A stretch of DNA of 64,000 bases from Deltaproteobacteria bacterium (GCA_024278765.1 JAJRSM010000044.1:5972-69971); one strand, 5' to 3'. Shown: positions 12,792-23,196, numbered from the stretch's first letter. The notes: a model not told the origin generated them from the sequence alone. Program-made: numbers and translations.

Positions 12792-14140
12792 GGATTAAAG
12801 ATAATATTTTTACCGGTAAGGTGCTGGTACTACTCTTGTTCGCCTTTTTAGTTCGTTTGTTTATGTTGTATTTTTTAGGGGATACCCTTAACTTTGATTT
12901 GGGACATATTGCAAATCTAGAAAATTTACTGGCCGGAAACGGACTTTCGGATACGCTGGTCTCAGCTGACGGTACAACTACCTATCTGCCAACCGCAAGA
13001 GACCTGCCGTTACACGGATTGATGATAGCCGCCACATGGGTCTTGAGTGGTACGCGCAGCTTTATCTTTATCCAGCTGGTACAGATGGCGATCGATAGCT
13101 TTATGCTGGTGCTGGTCTATCTTATCGCCAGGGACCTTTTTGGAGAGAGGGTTGGTTTTTTATCGGCGATTTTATTTGCCTTCTACCTGCCTGAAGCATG
13201 GCTCTCCATCTATGTCAGAAGGGATATATGGGTTTCCTTTGCAACTATTTCTCCATTTTACGTTTGCCTGAAATATATCCGTACCGAGCAAATAAAGTAT
13301 GTAGTTTTAGCTGGAATAACACTTGGTTTGGGGGTTTACTTTAGATCCACCATGTTTTTTTTCCCTGTTGCTATTGGCGTAGCCATGTTGCTCTTTATCC
13401 GCTTTAGAAAGGCCGTTATAGCTGCTGTTATTATGACCGGCATTATAGTTGTATTTTTATCACCCTGGGCTATCAGGAACTATATGGTCTTTGACAGGTT
13501 CGTGCCTACCGAGGTCAACTTTAATCAATCGATCTGGGAGGGCTTTGGTGAGTTTCCAAACCCAGTGGGTGCGGTCAACAATGATGAGGCGACCTTCGAG
13601 CAGATGAGAAAAGAGGGTTTTACCGGTAGGCCTGCTTCATTTGAATATGAGGATTTTCTTGCTCCGAAGGTTAAGAAGGTTTTAAAGGAGCATAAGCTTT
13701 GGTACATAGGGACTATGTTTAGAAGGATTCCCAGGGCACTCCTTGTAAATCGCGTACCATGGGGAGTCTTTCAGGCTCGCACTGACCAGGTGGGTTTTCA
13801 TAAGATATACGCGCACAATAATCAAGAAAAAAGTGTGATAACCTACGCAAAGTATATGCTGAAGGTAAATCCAGGCTTCCTTATTACCAAAATTTTTGAT
13901 ACAGTTATCTTTTTCCTTGCTCTTTTTGGGTTGATTCTAGCACTTAAGGGGCGCAGTTCCAGGCGTAACGCCTTACTATTGACGGCAGCCCCGCTATACT
14001 TTATTATGATACTTATTCCAATTAGAATGGAGGGCAGGTATATTGTTGCTGTCCACTGGACTTTCTTGATATTTATGAGTTTTGCCCTTATTTATCTGAA
14101 AGACAGGTTATTGAGTTATCGCAGCAGGAGAAGGCTTTAG
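12785..14140 (+). CDS. GT-C fold membrane glycosyltransferase (GT39/ArnT-like), paralog 3.
   Basis: The polytopic N-terminus (DxxRDIWVS region) is followed by a C-terminal soluble domain and then TM segments. Confidence 0.55.
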   Translation: MVGIKDNIFTGKVLVLLLFAFLVRLFMLYFLGDTLNFDLGHIANLENLLAGNGLSDTLVSADGTTTYLPTARDLPLHGLMIAATWVLSGTRSFIFIQLVQMAIDSFMLVLVYLIARDLFGERVGFLSAILFAFYLPEAWLSIYVRRDIWVSFATISPFYVCLKYIRTEQIKYVVLAGITLGLGVYFRSTMFFFPVAIGVAMLLFIRFRKAVIAAVIMTGIIVVFLSPWAIRNYMVFDRFVPTEVNFNQSIWEGFGEFPNPVGAVNNDEATFEQMRKEGFTGRPASFEYEDFLAPKVKKVLKEHKLWYIGTMFRRIPRALLVNRVPWGVFQARTDQVGFHKIYAHNNQEKSVITYAKYMLKVNPGFLITKIFDTVIFFLALFGLILALKGRSSRRNALLLTAAPLYFIMILIPIRMEGRYIVAVHWTFLIFMSFALIYLKDRLLSYRSRRRL

Positions 14141-14141
14141 T

Positions 14142-14882
14142 ATGATTGAAAAGAAGAAGTGTAAGGTTGCCGTAGTGATGCCGGCATACAATGCTGCGCA
14201 GACTCTGGTGCGTACCTACAAGGCTATTCCTAAAGGGGTGGTAGATGAGATACTCTTGGTTGACGATAGCAGTCACGATGATACGGTAGAAATCGCCAAG
14301 CTCCTTGGTATAAAGACCATTGTTCATGAAAAAAATGTCGGGTATGGGGGTAATCAAAAGACCTGCTATACTCATGCCCTGGATGATCAATCCGATATTA
14401 TTATAATGCTGCATCCTGATTATCAGTATGATCCCAGCATTATACCTGACCTGATAAAGCCGATAAAAGAAGGCAGGGCCGATGTGGTCTTTGCATCCCG
14501 TATGCTTGGTAATCCGCTAAAGGGAGGAATGCCTCTTTATAAGTTTGTCGCCAATAAGTGTCTTACCAAGTTCCAGAATGTAGTATTTGGCACTAATTAT
14601 TCGGAGTTTCATACAGGATACAGGGCATTTAGCAGCAAGCTTTTGAGGTCATTGTCTTATCATACAAACTCAAATAACTTTATCTTTGATAATGAAATGA
14701 TAGCCCAGATAGTTATGAAGGGCTTTAAGATATATGAGATCCCTGTCAAGACCCGTTACGCTACGGATTCTTCATCGACAAGTTTTAAGACAAGCGTCAT
14801 CTATGGTCTGGGTATTTTAAAGGTCTGTGCAAGGTATTTTTTCCATAAGTATGGGATTAAAAAAGATTCTCTGTTTAATTAA
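14142..14882 (+). CDS. GT2 glycosyltransferase, polyprenyl-phosphate sugar synthase-like (GtrB/ArnC/DPM1-like).
   Basis: VAVVMPAYNAAQTL with a DDSSHDDT (DxD) motif fits the family, and the gene directly follows a GT-C gene. Confidence 0.75.
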   Translation: MIEKKKCKVAVVMPAYNAAQTLVRTYKAIPKGVVDEILLVDDSSHDDTVEIAKLLGIKTIVHEKNVGYGGNQKTCYTHALDDQSDIIIMLHPDYQYDPSIIPDLIKPIKEGRADVVFASRMLGNPLKGGMPLYKFVANKCLTKFQNVVFGTNYSEFHTGYRAFSSKLLRSLSYHTNSNNFIFDNEMIAQIVMKGFKIYEIPVKTRYATDSSSTSFKTSVIYGLGILKVCARYFFHKYGIKKDSLFN

Positions 14883-14924
14883 TATACCTGTGTAACAGGT
14901 TGAGTAAGGGTATCCTATAGGTCT

Positions 14925-15890
14925 ATGGGTTGTTTATTGTGTGGGAGTGCTGGCAAGTATAAAGGTCGCGCCGGATATAATGATTTTGTTGTCTCTGGGC
15001 GTAGCTATGCGATTAAATTCTGCCAAAGATGTAAGATCGGCAAGACAGTACCATTTCCCGATGAAGCAGAGCTCAGGGCTGTCTACTCTAGCGAACAGTA
15101 TAGGGAGGACGACGGTAAGAGGTTTCTGACACCGATAGAGTGGATGGTTCATGCTTTACGGATATTTCGCTGTAGGCGAGTGGAAAGGTGTTCTGAGAAG
15201 GGGCGTGTTCTGGATATAGGATGCGGTAGAAGCGATTTTCTCTCGGTTATGGCAGGGCGTGGCTGGGAGGTAACAGGTCTGGAGATGAACGAGCGTGCGG
15301 CAGATTACGCCAAAGACGCCCTTGGCCTTGACGTTCGAGTTGGAACTTTAAAAGATCAACGCTTTCCAAACGATCACTTTGATGCTGTCACCTTATGGCA
15401 CGTCTTTGAACACTTTCGTGACCCTGCGCTCTTGCTAAAAGAATGTAGACGCATACTTAAGCCAGGGGGGCTCTTGGTCGTAGCCATCCCAAACAGGGCA
15501 AGCCTTCAGGCACGGCTTACGGGTAATGGCTGGTTTCACCTTGATGTGCCGTACCATCTTTACCATTTTTCTCTTGGCAACTTAAAGAAGCTGATAGGTA
15601 AGGGTGGTTTTAAGTATGAGCAGGTTAATAACTATTCTTTTGAGTATAATCCTTACGGTCTTCTTCAGAGTTTTTATAACCGCCTAGGTTTTCGTCGCAA
15701 TCTGCTCTATGATCTGCTCAAGAGGACAAAAGACGGGAGCCCGCGTAGTGCTACTGTGTACTTGCAGATAGCCTGTACGGTTTTGACTCTGCCTGTTATG
15801 GTGCCGCTCTCTGTTCTTTTCTCTTACGCCGAGTCCTTTATGGGGCTGGGAGGTTCGATAGAGATCTATGCACGTAAAGGTAATAAGTAA
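14925..15890 (+). CDS. Class I SAM-dependent methyltransferase with an N-terminal Cys4 zinc ribbon.
   Basis: CLLCGS...CQRCK is followed by the SAM motif I VLDIGCGRSDF. Confidence 0.75.
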   Translation: MGCLLCGSAGKYKGRAGYNDFVVSGRSYAIKFCQRCKIGKTVPFPDEAELRAVYSSEQYREDDGKRFLTPIEWMVHALRIFRCRRVERCSEKGRVLDIGCGRSDFLSVMAGRGWEVTGLEMNERAADYAKDALGLDVRVGTLKDQRFPNDHFDAVTLWHVFEHFRDPALLLKECRRILKPGGLLVVAIPNRASLQARLTGNGWFHLDVPYHLYHFSLGNLKKLIGKGGFKYEQVNNYSFEYNPYGLLQSFYNRLGFRRNLLYDLLKRTKDGSPRSATVYLQIACTVLTLPVMVPLSVLFSYAESFMGLGGSIEIYARKGNK

Positions 15891-15959
15891 GGTAGCACTC
15901 AATAAAAAAACCTTCTGCCAAAGGCGAGTTCTCCCTTACGATACTGTGGAGGTTTACGG

Positions 15960-16751
15960 ATGAGTGAGATGAAGGTTGTGATACTGGCGGGCGGCACAGG
16001 GACGCGCCTTAGTGAAGAGACGTATCTAAAACCCAAGCCGATGGTTGAGATCGGCGGTAAGCCGGTGCTATGGCATCTTATGAAGCTGTACTCCCATTAC
16101 GGGTTTAATGATTTTATCGTCTGCCTCGGGTACAAGGGGTATATGATAAAGGAATATTTTGCCAATTATTTCCTGCATCAAAGTGATGTTACTATAGATA
16201 TCAAGAATAACTCTTTAGATGTGCATCAAAATACCGCAGAGCCGTGGAAAATAACACTGATTGATACCGGCGATGACTCAATGACCGGCGGTAGGGTTAA
16301 GCGTATCCAAAAATATACCGATGATAAGCCGTTTATGTTGACCTATGGTGACGGTCTTGGTGATGTTGATATCGCAGCTTTACTTGAATATCATAAGAGC
16401 CACGGCAGACTTGCAACCGTTACATCTTCTCAGCCATCGGGGCGTTTTGGGGCGTTGACGTTGGATGATAATGGTCAGATAGGGGCTTTTCAAGAAAAGC
16501 CGGACGGAGACGGGGGCTGGATTAATTCAGGTTTTTTTGTAATGGAGCAGGGCATCTTTGCCTATATAGAGGGAGACTCGACTCTGCTTGAAAGAGAGCC
16601 GCTGGAGAGGCTAGCCTCGGATAAAGAACTCTTTGCTTATAAGCATCATGGCTTTTGGAAGCCTATGGATACGCTACGCGATAAAAGAGAGCTGGAAGGG
16701 CTTTGGGACTCCGGCAAACCACCGTGGAAGATCTGGAAGGGACAAAAGTGA
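15960..16751 (+). CDS. rfbF: Glucose-1-phosphate cytidylyltransferase.
   Basis: MKVVILAGGTGTRLSEETYLKPKPMVEIGGKPVLWHLMK is close to the canonical RfbF sequence. Confidence 0.9.
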   Translation: MSEMKVVILAGGTGTRLSEETYLKPKPMVEIGGKPVLWHLMKLYSHYGFNDFIVCLGYKGYMIKEYFANYFLHQSDVTIDIKNNSLDVHQNTAEPWKITLIDTGDDSMTGGRVKRIQKYTDDKPFMLTYGDGLGDVDIAALLEYHKSHGRLATVTSSQPSGRFGALTLDDNGQIGAFQEKPDGDGGWINSGFFVMEQGIFAYIEGDSTLLEREPLERLASDKELFAYKHHGFWKPMDTLRDKRELEGLWDSGKPPWKIWKGQK

Positions 16752-17623
16752 GGATTTTGATCACAGGGGCTACTGGTTTTATTGGCAGCTCTGTTGCTAC
16801 CAGATTATTTGCTGACGGGCACAGACTTACGCTCTTGAAGCGTACAGGCTCGGATACCGGACGTATTAAAGATCTTTTGCACAAGGTCGCTGTCTATGAT
16901 ATTGACGTGCACAGTTTGGAGGAGATCATTGCAGGTGAGACCCCAGAGCTTATTGTGCATCTTGCGACTAATTACGGAAGGTCAGGGGAGAGCCCGATTG
17001 ATATTGTAGAGACAAATATTGGTTTTCCCTCGGCCCTTATTGATGCAGCCCTTAGAAGCGGTTTGAAATACTTTATAAATACCGATACGGCTGCACCGCA
17101 GGAGTATACATTCTACGCCTCTACGAAGAAGGCATTTCTGCATCCGCTTGGTTTTTTCTGTAAGGAAAAGGCCCTTAAGGTCGTAAGCTTAAAGCTTGAG
17201 TATGTTTACGGTCCTGGTGATGACGACAATAAGTTTATACCGTATATGATAAAGAGTGTCCTCTCAGGTGAAGAGGTCGATGCGTCTGGGGGCGAGCAGA
17301 AAAGGGATTTTATACATCTGGATGACGTTGTGGATGCATATGCCAGTGCGGTGGCTTCGATAGTCGAGATGGAAGAGGATTACATCTCTATCGATATTGG
17401 GTCTGGTCAGTCAATTAGCCTTAAAGCCTTTGCTTCTCTGGTCGCCGATTTTTCAACTATTGATATGAAGATCAACTGGGGCGCGCGACCTTACAAGAAA
17501 AATGAGATCTTTGACTCAAAGGCAGATATAACGAAAGCCGAAAAAATACTTGGTTGGCATCCGAAGCGTGCACTGCACGACGTTCTCAAGGATACTGTTG
17601 ATAGCTACAGGCAAGGTGCATGA
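16749..17623 (+). CDS. rfbS: CDP-paratose synthase-like SDR 4-reductase (RfbS/RfbJ family); a GTG start overlapping the rfbF stop is likely.
   Basis: The Rossmann motif VRILITGATGFIGSSV, a length of about 290 aa and its place within the rfbF-G-H-E set support the call. Confidence 0.6.
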
Positions 17624-18738
17624 CTGTGATGAACTGTTTTGATCAGGTCTATAAAGGTAAGAAGGTTTTTTTGACTGGGCACACCGGTTTTAAGGGAGCT
17701 TGGATTTCTTTGTGGCTCATAGAGCTTGGTGCAGAGGTCTTTGGGTATGCTTTAGAGCCACCGACCGAGCCGAGTCTTTTTGAGGCGGCGGGGCTAAAGG
17801 ATAAAATGGTTCATCATGTTGGCGATGTGCGTGATGCAGCTAAACTTAGTGCTGCTCTGCGGGAATTTGCTCCAGAGTTTGTCTTCCATCTTGCGGCTCA
17901 GCCCCTGGTCCGGCTTGGCTATAACGACCCGAAGCTTACCTATGAGACCAATATCATGGGGACGGTCAACCTCTTTGAGGCTGTTAGAGCGTGCCCGTCG
18001 GTAAGGGTAGTTGTAAACGTCACAAGCGATAAGTGTTATGAAAATATTGAGTCGGATTACGGTTATAAAGAAGATGACCCTATGGGTGGTTACGATCCGT
18101 ATAGCTCAAGCAAGGGCTGTGCAGAGCTCGTAACATCTGCCTACAGAAGGTCGTTTTTTAATGATGACGGCAGCGAAGGTGTAGTAGCTCTCTCATCGGC
18201 ACGCGCCGGTAACGTGATAGGCGGCGGAGACTGGGGCGATGATAGGCTCATCCCTGACTGCGTAAGAGCGATAGAGGCCGGCGAGGGTGTACAGATACGC
18301 AACCCAAGGGCCGTTCGTCCGTGGCAGCATGTCTTGGAGCCTCTCTCTGGTTATCTTACGCTCGGTGCGTTAAGCTACAGAAAGAATGCGGCCTATAGCA
18401 CTGGCTGGAACTTCGGCCCAGCTCCGGGCGAGGTGTTGACGGTTGAGGATATCGTAGGGCTTTTGGTGAAAGAGTGGGGCAAGGGTCGTCTGGAGATAGA
18501 TTCTTCCAGCCATCCGCATGAGGCAGGGCTTTTGATGCTTGATTGTAGTAAAGCCGAGGTAGATCTCGGGTGGTGTGCTGCGTGGGACGTCCAGGCGGCG
18601 ATAGAGAAGACAGCGGCCTGGTATAAGGCCTTTTATGAAGGTCAGAGCGTGCAACAGACCTATGATTATACACTCGGTCATATAACGAGCTATATTGAAG
18701 ATGCGCTGAAAAAGGGAATCGAGTGGAGTGGTAAATGA
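17620..18738 (+). CDS. rfbG: CDP-glucose 4,6-dehydratase.
   Basis: KKVFLTGHTGFKGAWISLWL is the canonical RfbG N-terminus. Confidence 0.88.
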   Translation: MTVMNCFDQVYKGKKVFLTGHTGFKGAWISLWLIELGAEVFGYALEPPTEPSLFEAAGLKDKMVHHVGDVRDAAKLSAALREFAPEFVFHLAAQPLVRLGYNDPKLTYETNIMGTVNLFEAVRACPSVRVVVNVTSDKCYENIESDYGYKEDDPMGGYDPYSSSKGCAELVTSAYRRSFFNDDGSEGVVALSSARAGNVIGGGDWGDDRLIPDCVRAIEAGEGVQIRNPRAVRPWQHVLEPLSGYLTLGALSYRKNAAYSTGWNFGPAPGEVLTVEDIVGLLVKEWGKGRLEIDSSSHPHEAGLLMLDCSKAEVDLGWCAAWDVQAAIEKTAAWYKAFYEGQSVQQTYDYTLGHITSYIEDALKKGIEWSGK

Positions 18739-20051
18739 GTAAAACCAAGGCAGCCGAACTAAAGGCTGAGATATTTAAAAAGGTAACCGAGTATTTTGAG
18801 GCTATTCACAGGGTAGAGCGTGAAGCCGTATTTGAGCCGGGTGTTTCAAAGGTACATTACGCAGGGCGTGTCTTTGATGATAGAGATATGATAAACCTTG
18901 TTGACTCAGCGATGGATTTTTGGCTGACGGCAGGGCCTTATGCCAGAGAGCTTGAGAAGAGTATGCGTGAGTTCTTCGGGGCCAGAGGTTTCTATCTGGT
19001 CAACTCCGGCTCTTCTGCAAACCTTGTTATGGTCTCGACGCTTAGGGCCGCCTCTTACAAAGGCCATCTCAAGCTTGGTGATGAGGTGATAACTCCTGCG
19101 GTTACCTTTCCGACGACCCTTACGCCTATCCTGCAGAATCAACTAGTCCCTGTCTTTGTCGATGCAGAGGTTGGCACATATAACATAGATCCGGCCAGGA
19201 TTGAAGAAGCAATAGGCCCTAAGACGCGCGCGATACTGATACCTCATACCCTTGGCAACCCGTGTAAGATGGATACGATAATGGAGATTGCCGCGAGAAA
19301 GGGGTTAGTCGTTTTGGAAGATTGCTGTGACGCACTGGGCTCTAGGTTTGACGGAAAGATGGTAGGAACTTTCGGGGCGATGGCCTCGCTTAGTTTTTAT
19401 CCGGCCCACCACATGACGATGGGTGAGGGCGGTGGGGTCGTTGTAAATAATCCTGAGTTTGATAAGATAGTACTCTCGGTACGTGATTGGGGTAGGGATT
19501 GCTGGTGCGAGCCGGGCCATAGCGGCACATGCGGCGAGAGGTTTACCGGTACCTTCGGCAAGCTGCCAAAGGGGTATGATCATAAATATGTTTACTCCAA
19601 CCACGGCTATAACCTTAAGGTCACTGATATGCAGGCAGCAGTGGGGCTCTCTCAATTTGATAAATTGGCGGGTTTTATAGAAGCCAGAAAAAAGAACTTT
19701 AAATATTATTATACAGAGCTTAGAGCGTTGGAAGATTATCTTGTTCTGCCAAGGTGGGAAGAAAAGGCAGACCCTTCGTGGTTTGCCTTTCCTGTAACGG
19801 TTAAGCAAGGCGTGGATTTTAATTCGCTTATACAGTATTTGGAAGATGCAAAGATAGAGACGCGCAAGGTCTTTGCCGGCAATATTCTGCGCCAGCCAGG
19901 CTTTACCTCAATAGAGCACAGGCTTGGTGGCAGCCTTGAAAATACGGACACGATAATGGACAGGACATTTTTTATAGGCGTCTATCCGGGGCTCACTCAA
20001 CCGATGATGGAGTTTGTTGCAGATACCTTTAAGGGTTTTTTTAGAGGCTAG
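18735..20051 (+). CDS. rfbH: CDP-6-deoxy-D-xylo-4-hexulose 3-dehydrase (E1), a PMP-dependent DegT-family enzyme.
   Basis: The DegT/DnrJ fold, a CxCx7C iron-sulfur motif (DCWCEPGHSGTC) and a 438-aa length match RfbH/DdhC. Confidence 0.85.
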   Translation: MSKTKAAELKAEIFKKVTEYFEAIHRVEREAVFEPGVSKVHYAGRVFDDRDMINLVDSAMDFWLTAGPYARELEKSMREFFGARGFYLVNSGSSANLVMVSTLRAASYKGHLKLGDEVITPAVTFPTTLTPILQNQLVPVFVDAEVGTYNIDPARIEEAIGPKTRAILIPHTLGNPCKMDTIMEIAARKGLVVLEDCCDALGSRFDGKMVGTFGAMASLSFYPAHHMTMGEGGGVVVNNPEFDKIVLSVRDWGRDCWCEPGHSGTCGERFTGTFGKLPKGYDHKYVYSNHGYNLKVTDMQAAVGLSQFDKLAGFIEARKKNFKYYYTELRALEDYLVLPRWEEKADPSWFAFPVTVKQGVDFNSLIQYLEDAKIETRKVFAGNILRQPGFTSIEHRLGGSLENTDTIMDRTFFIGVYPGLTQPMMEFVADTFKGFFRG

Positions 20052-20053
20052 CT

Positions 20054-21082
20054 ATGAAGTATTTGATTACAGGTGGATGTGGTTTTCTGGGTTCTAATCT
20101 AGCCTCAGAGGTTTTGGCACGTGGAGAAGAGCTGTGCATATTTGATAACCTCTCCAGAGAGGGCAGTGAACTGAACCTTGAGTGGTTGCGTAGCAAGGGA
20201 GAGTTTTTACTTGATAAGGGCGACGTACGAGACCTCGGTGTACTCGATAAGATTTTAAATGACTTTACCCCGGATGTTATTTTGCATCTGGCCGGTCAGG
20301 TCGCCATGACAACTTCTATTGCTGATCCCAGGCTTGACTTTGAGATTAATGCCCTTGGTACATTTAATCTGCTTGAGTCAGTCAGGCGAAATTGTCCTGA
20401 GAGTATTGTGATATACTCTTCGACCAATAAGGTCTACGGCGATCTTGAGTACCTTGAGTACAAAGAAGAGCCTACGCGCTATATATGCGAAGAGCGTCCT
20501 GAGGGACTAGGTGAAGATACGACCCTGGAGTTTCATTCTCCTTACGGTTGTTCCAAGGGAGCGGCCGATCAGTACATGCTTGACTACGCCCGTATCTTTG
20601 GGCTTAATACGGTCGTCTTTCGTCATTCGTCGATGTATGGAGGCAGGCAGTTTTCAACCTATGATCAGGGCTGGGTAGGATGGTTTTGTCAGAAGGCCCT
20701 TGAGATAAAGTGCGAGACGTTAAAAGAATCTTTTACAATATCCGGCAACGGTAAGCAGGTCAGAGACGTCCTGCATGCAGAAGATATGAAGCGTCTGTAC
20801 TTTGCAGCGATAGATAATATAAAGGACGCAAGAGGGCAGGCCTTTAATATAGGCGGAGGCATCGATAACAGCCTTTCGCTGCTTGAGCTCTTTGCATTGC
20901 TCGAAGAGATTCTGGATATAAAAATGGTCTATGATATTTTGCCGCCGCGCCGGAGCGATCAGAAGATATTTGTTGCTGACCTTGATAAGGTGCAAAAGCT
21001 TTTAAAGTGGAAGCCTCAGGTAAGTGCCAGGCAGGGGATAGAGAAGATGCTTGCATGGCTTGGTGAGGAAGTTAAGGGGTAA
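20054..21082 (+). CDS. rfbE: CDP-paratose 2-epimerase (CDP-tyvelose epimerase).
   Basis: Very strong resemblance to Salmonella RfbE across HLAGQVAMTTSI, YSSTNKVYGDLE and HSPYGCSKGAADQYMLDYARIFGLNTVVFRHSSMYGGRQF. Confidence 0.9.
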   Translation: MKYLITGGCGFLGSNLASEVLARGEELCIFDNLSREGSELNLEWLRSKGEFLLDKGDVRDLGVLDKILNDFTPDVILHLAGQVAMTTSIADPRLDFEINALGTFNLLESVRRNCPESIVIYSSTNKVYGDLEYLEYKEEPTRYICEERPEGLGEDTTLEFHSPYGCSKGAADQYMLDYARIFGLNTVVFRHSSMYGGRQFSTYDQGWVGWFCQKALEIKCETLKESFTISGNGKQVRDVLHAEDMKRLYFAAIDNIKDARGQAFNIGGGIDNSLSLLELFALLEEILDIKMVYDILPPRRSDQKIFVADLDKVQKLLKWKPQVSARQGIEKMLAWLGEEVKG

Positions 21083-21837
21083 TGGCTAAGATAGATCTGA
21101 GTATAATATTACCTGCTTATAAAGAGGCCGAGAATTTGAAGATTCTATTGCCCAAGATCAACAGCGTTATAAAAGGGCTTGGTCTAAACGGAGAGGTTCT
21201 GATTGTTGATTCAAAGAAACCGCTGGATCACACGCCGCAGGTATGCCGTGATAATAAAGTGAGACACGTGCCGCGTCTTGGCGACGATACATATGGTTCT
21301 GCCGTGCGGACCGGCATAGCTCGCTCTAAGGGCAAGTACGTTGTTTTAATGGATGCCGATGGTTCGCATACGCCGGAGTTTATAGAGAAGCTTTGGGCCT
21401 TAAGAGACAGCAGTGAGATCATCATTGCATCTCGCTATATAGCAGGCGGACATACCCATAACTCATGGCCTCTGGTGGCGATGAGCTATCTTTTGAATAT
21501 TGTTTATTCAAATCTACTCAGATTGCCTGTGACCGATATATCCAATAGCTTCAGGCTCTACCGTGGTGGCAAGCTAAGAAAACTGAGTCTGGACTGCGCA
21601 CATTTTGATATTCAGGAAGAGATACTCGTTAAGCTCCTCTGGAAGTACACGCAGAGCGTCAGTGAGATACCTTACGACTTCAAGAAACGCATTTCAGGCA
21701 AGAGCAAACGCGTCTTTGTTGTATTTGTATATAACTACCTCAAAAGTCTTGTGAAGTTATATAAGTTGAAAAAGAGTTACGGGGTAAAAGGGGCTGTCAA
21801 CCGCCACTTTGCAAATAAGCAGAGGTCAAAGCCGTAG
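21082..21837 (+). CDS. GT2 glycosyltransferase, DPM1/GtrB-like polyprenyl-phosphate sugar synthase.
   Basis: LSIILPAYKEAENL with a LMDADGSH motif fits the family. Confidence 0.75.
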   Translation: MAKIDLSIILPAYKEAENLKILLPKINSVIKGLGLNGEVLIVDSKKPLDHTPQVCRDNKVRHVPRLGDDTYGSAVRTGIARSKGKYVVLMDADGSHTPEFIEKLWALRDSSEIIIASRYIAGGHTHNSWPLVAMSYLLNIVYSNLLRLPVTDISNSFRLYRGGKLRKLSLDCAHFDIQEEILVKLLWKYTQSVSEIPYDFKKRISGKSKRVFVVFVYNYLKSLVKLYKLKKSYGVKGAVNRHFANKQRSKP

Positions 21838-21883
21838 AGCAATCTTAGAATAACTACACTGTTTTTTTACGGATAAAATTATT

Positions 21884-23026
21884 ATGAAGACTCGTTTTAA
21901 GGTCGCTCAAATCGAATTAACAAACCACTGTAATATGAAGTGCCCTTTTTGTCCTCAACCAACGTTGATGACAAGAAAAAAGCTTTTTATGGACTTAGAT
22001 CTATATTATAAAATAATAGACCAGGTTGTTGAAGATAATCTGGCCGACTGTGTTTCGTTGACTGGTCTTGGTGAGCCTACTCTTTATAAAAAATTAATAA
22101 GTGCGGTAGAATATGCAACTGATAAGGGGCTATCTGTAAAGGTCTCGACCAATGGGTTACTTTTGAACGTCGAGACCTTGCTGAACCTTTACAGAGCGCG
22201 TTTGGATAATTTGTTCTTCAGCTTGCAGATAATGGATGAAGAGGCTTACCGTGAAAGGTTGGATGGAAAAAATAAGCAAACCTTTAAAGAGTATTTAGAT
22301 AACCTTAAAGTGATTATCTCAACTCATATACGGAACAATCCACAGACCAAGCTACGTATATCTATCATGGGCAACTGGTATCTGCCACATAAAAATATAT
22401 TGGGACTTAGGTATTTTAATTTATCAACTGATCTGTTGCGTGATTTTATTGAGCCGATCTTCTCTCTTATAGAGAGCGAGAGTTCTTTGAAAAAGAAGAG
22501 TTTAAAGTTGAGCTTGGATGATATAAAGATTCCCAGGTTTTATGAAAATGACAGGGAGTACTGGATACTTGATAATTTGTCACTTGTCCTTAAAGAGGCT
22601 AATGGATGGGCCAATTCTATGGACGCCTCCGATGACTATGTACTTATACCGGCTAAGAAAGGTTTTTGTGTAGCACAAAAAAACATGTTTGAGATTTTTG
22701 CTGACGGTACTGTCTGCCTATGCTGTTTGGATTATGACGCTAAAACAACTTTAGGAAAACTTACGCTTGGTGGGAATGAACGATTGGTAGATATTTTATT
22801 TGAAGGTCGTGGTAAGCAAATTAAGGATAGTTTTGATAAAGGCAATATTATTCTACCGTTTTGCCAGCGATGTCTTGGAAAACGTCGCCATAAAAAGAAA
22901 TTGGTACATTATGGTAATATGATAAGATTTTATCCATTTAAGGTTATGGATGTTATGCTTAAAAATAGAAGTTCATTAATGACGAGAATACGTTATTCTG
23001 TGATCAATAAATTTTTCAAGGTGTAG
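21884..23026 (+). CDS. Radical SAM enzyme with a C-terminal SPASM/twitch Cys-rich domain.
   Basis: CNMKCPFC (CX3CX2C) near the N-terminus and C-terminal Cys clusters (CLCC...CQRC) support the call. Confidence 0.75.
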   Translation: MKTRFKVAQIELTNHCNMKCPFCPQPTLMTRKKLFMDLDLYYKIIDQVVEDNLADCVSLTGLGEPTLYKKLISAVEYATDKGLSVKVSTNGLLLNVETLLNLYRARLDNLFFSLQIMDEEAYRERLDGKNKQTFKEYLDNLKVIISTHIRNNPQTKLRISIMGNWYLPHKNILGLRYFNLSTDLLRDFIEPIFSLIESESSLKKKSLKLSLDDIKIPRFYENDREYWILDNLSLVLKEANGWANSMDASDDYVLIPAKKGFCVAQKNMFEIFADGTVCLCCLDYDAKTTLGKLTLGGNERLVDILFEGRGKQIKDSFDKGNIILPFCQRCLGKRRHKKKLVHYGNMIRFYPFKVMDVMLKNRSSLMTRIRYSVINKFFKV

Positions 23027-23196
23027 GCTGAGGATAATGTTGATGCATGTTGCTGTGAGCGTGTATGTAACTTAGAATCCTTGGGTTTCCAACGCGAAGA
23101 CAAGTTTATAGGTTTGAAAGTAGTCAAATAGGTGGCTGGAGCGTAGCGATTGAAAATTAAGTATATATCACAAGTAGTAAAGATAGAGTTTTTTTT

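Noticed and set aside
16703-16748. The ATG start at 16703 for the rfbS-like gene, which would overlap rfbF by 49 bp.
   Set aside because: The Rossmann motif begins at VRILITG. A GTG at 16749 overlapping the rfbF stop (GTGA) gives a standard coupled start.
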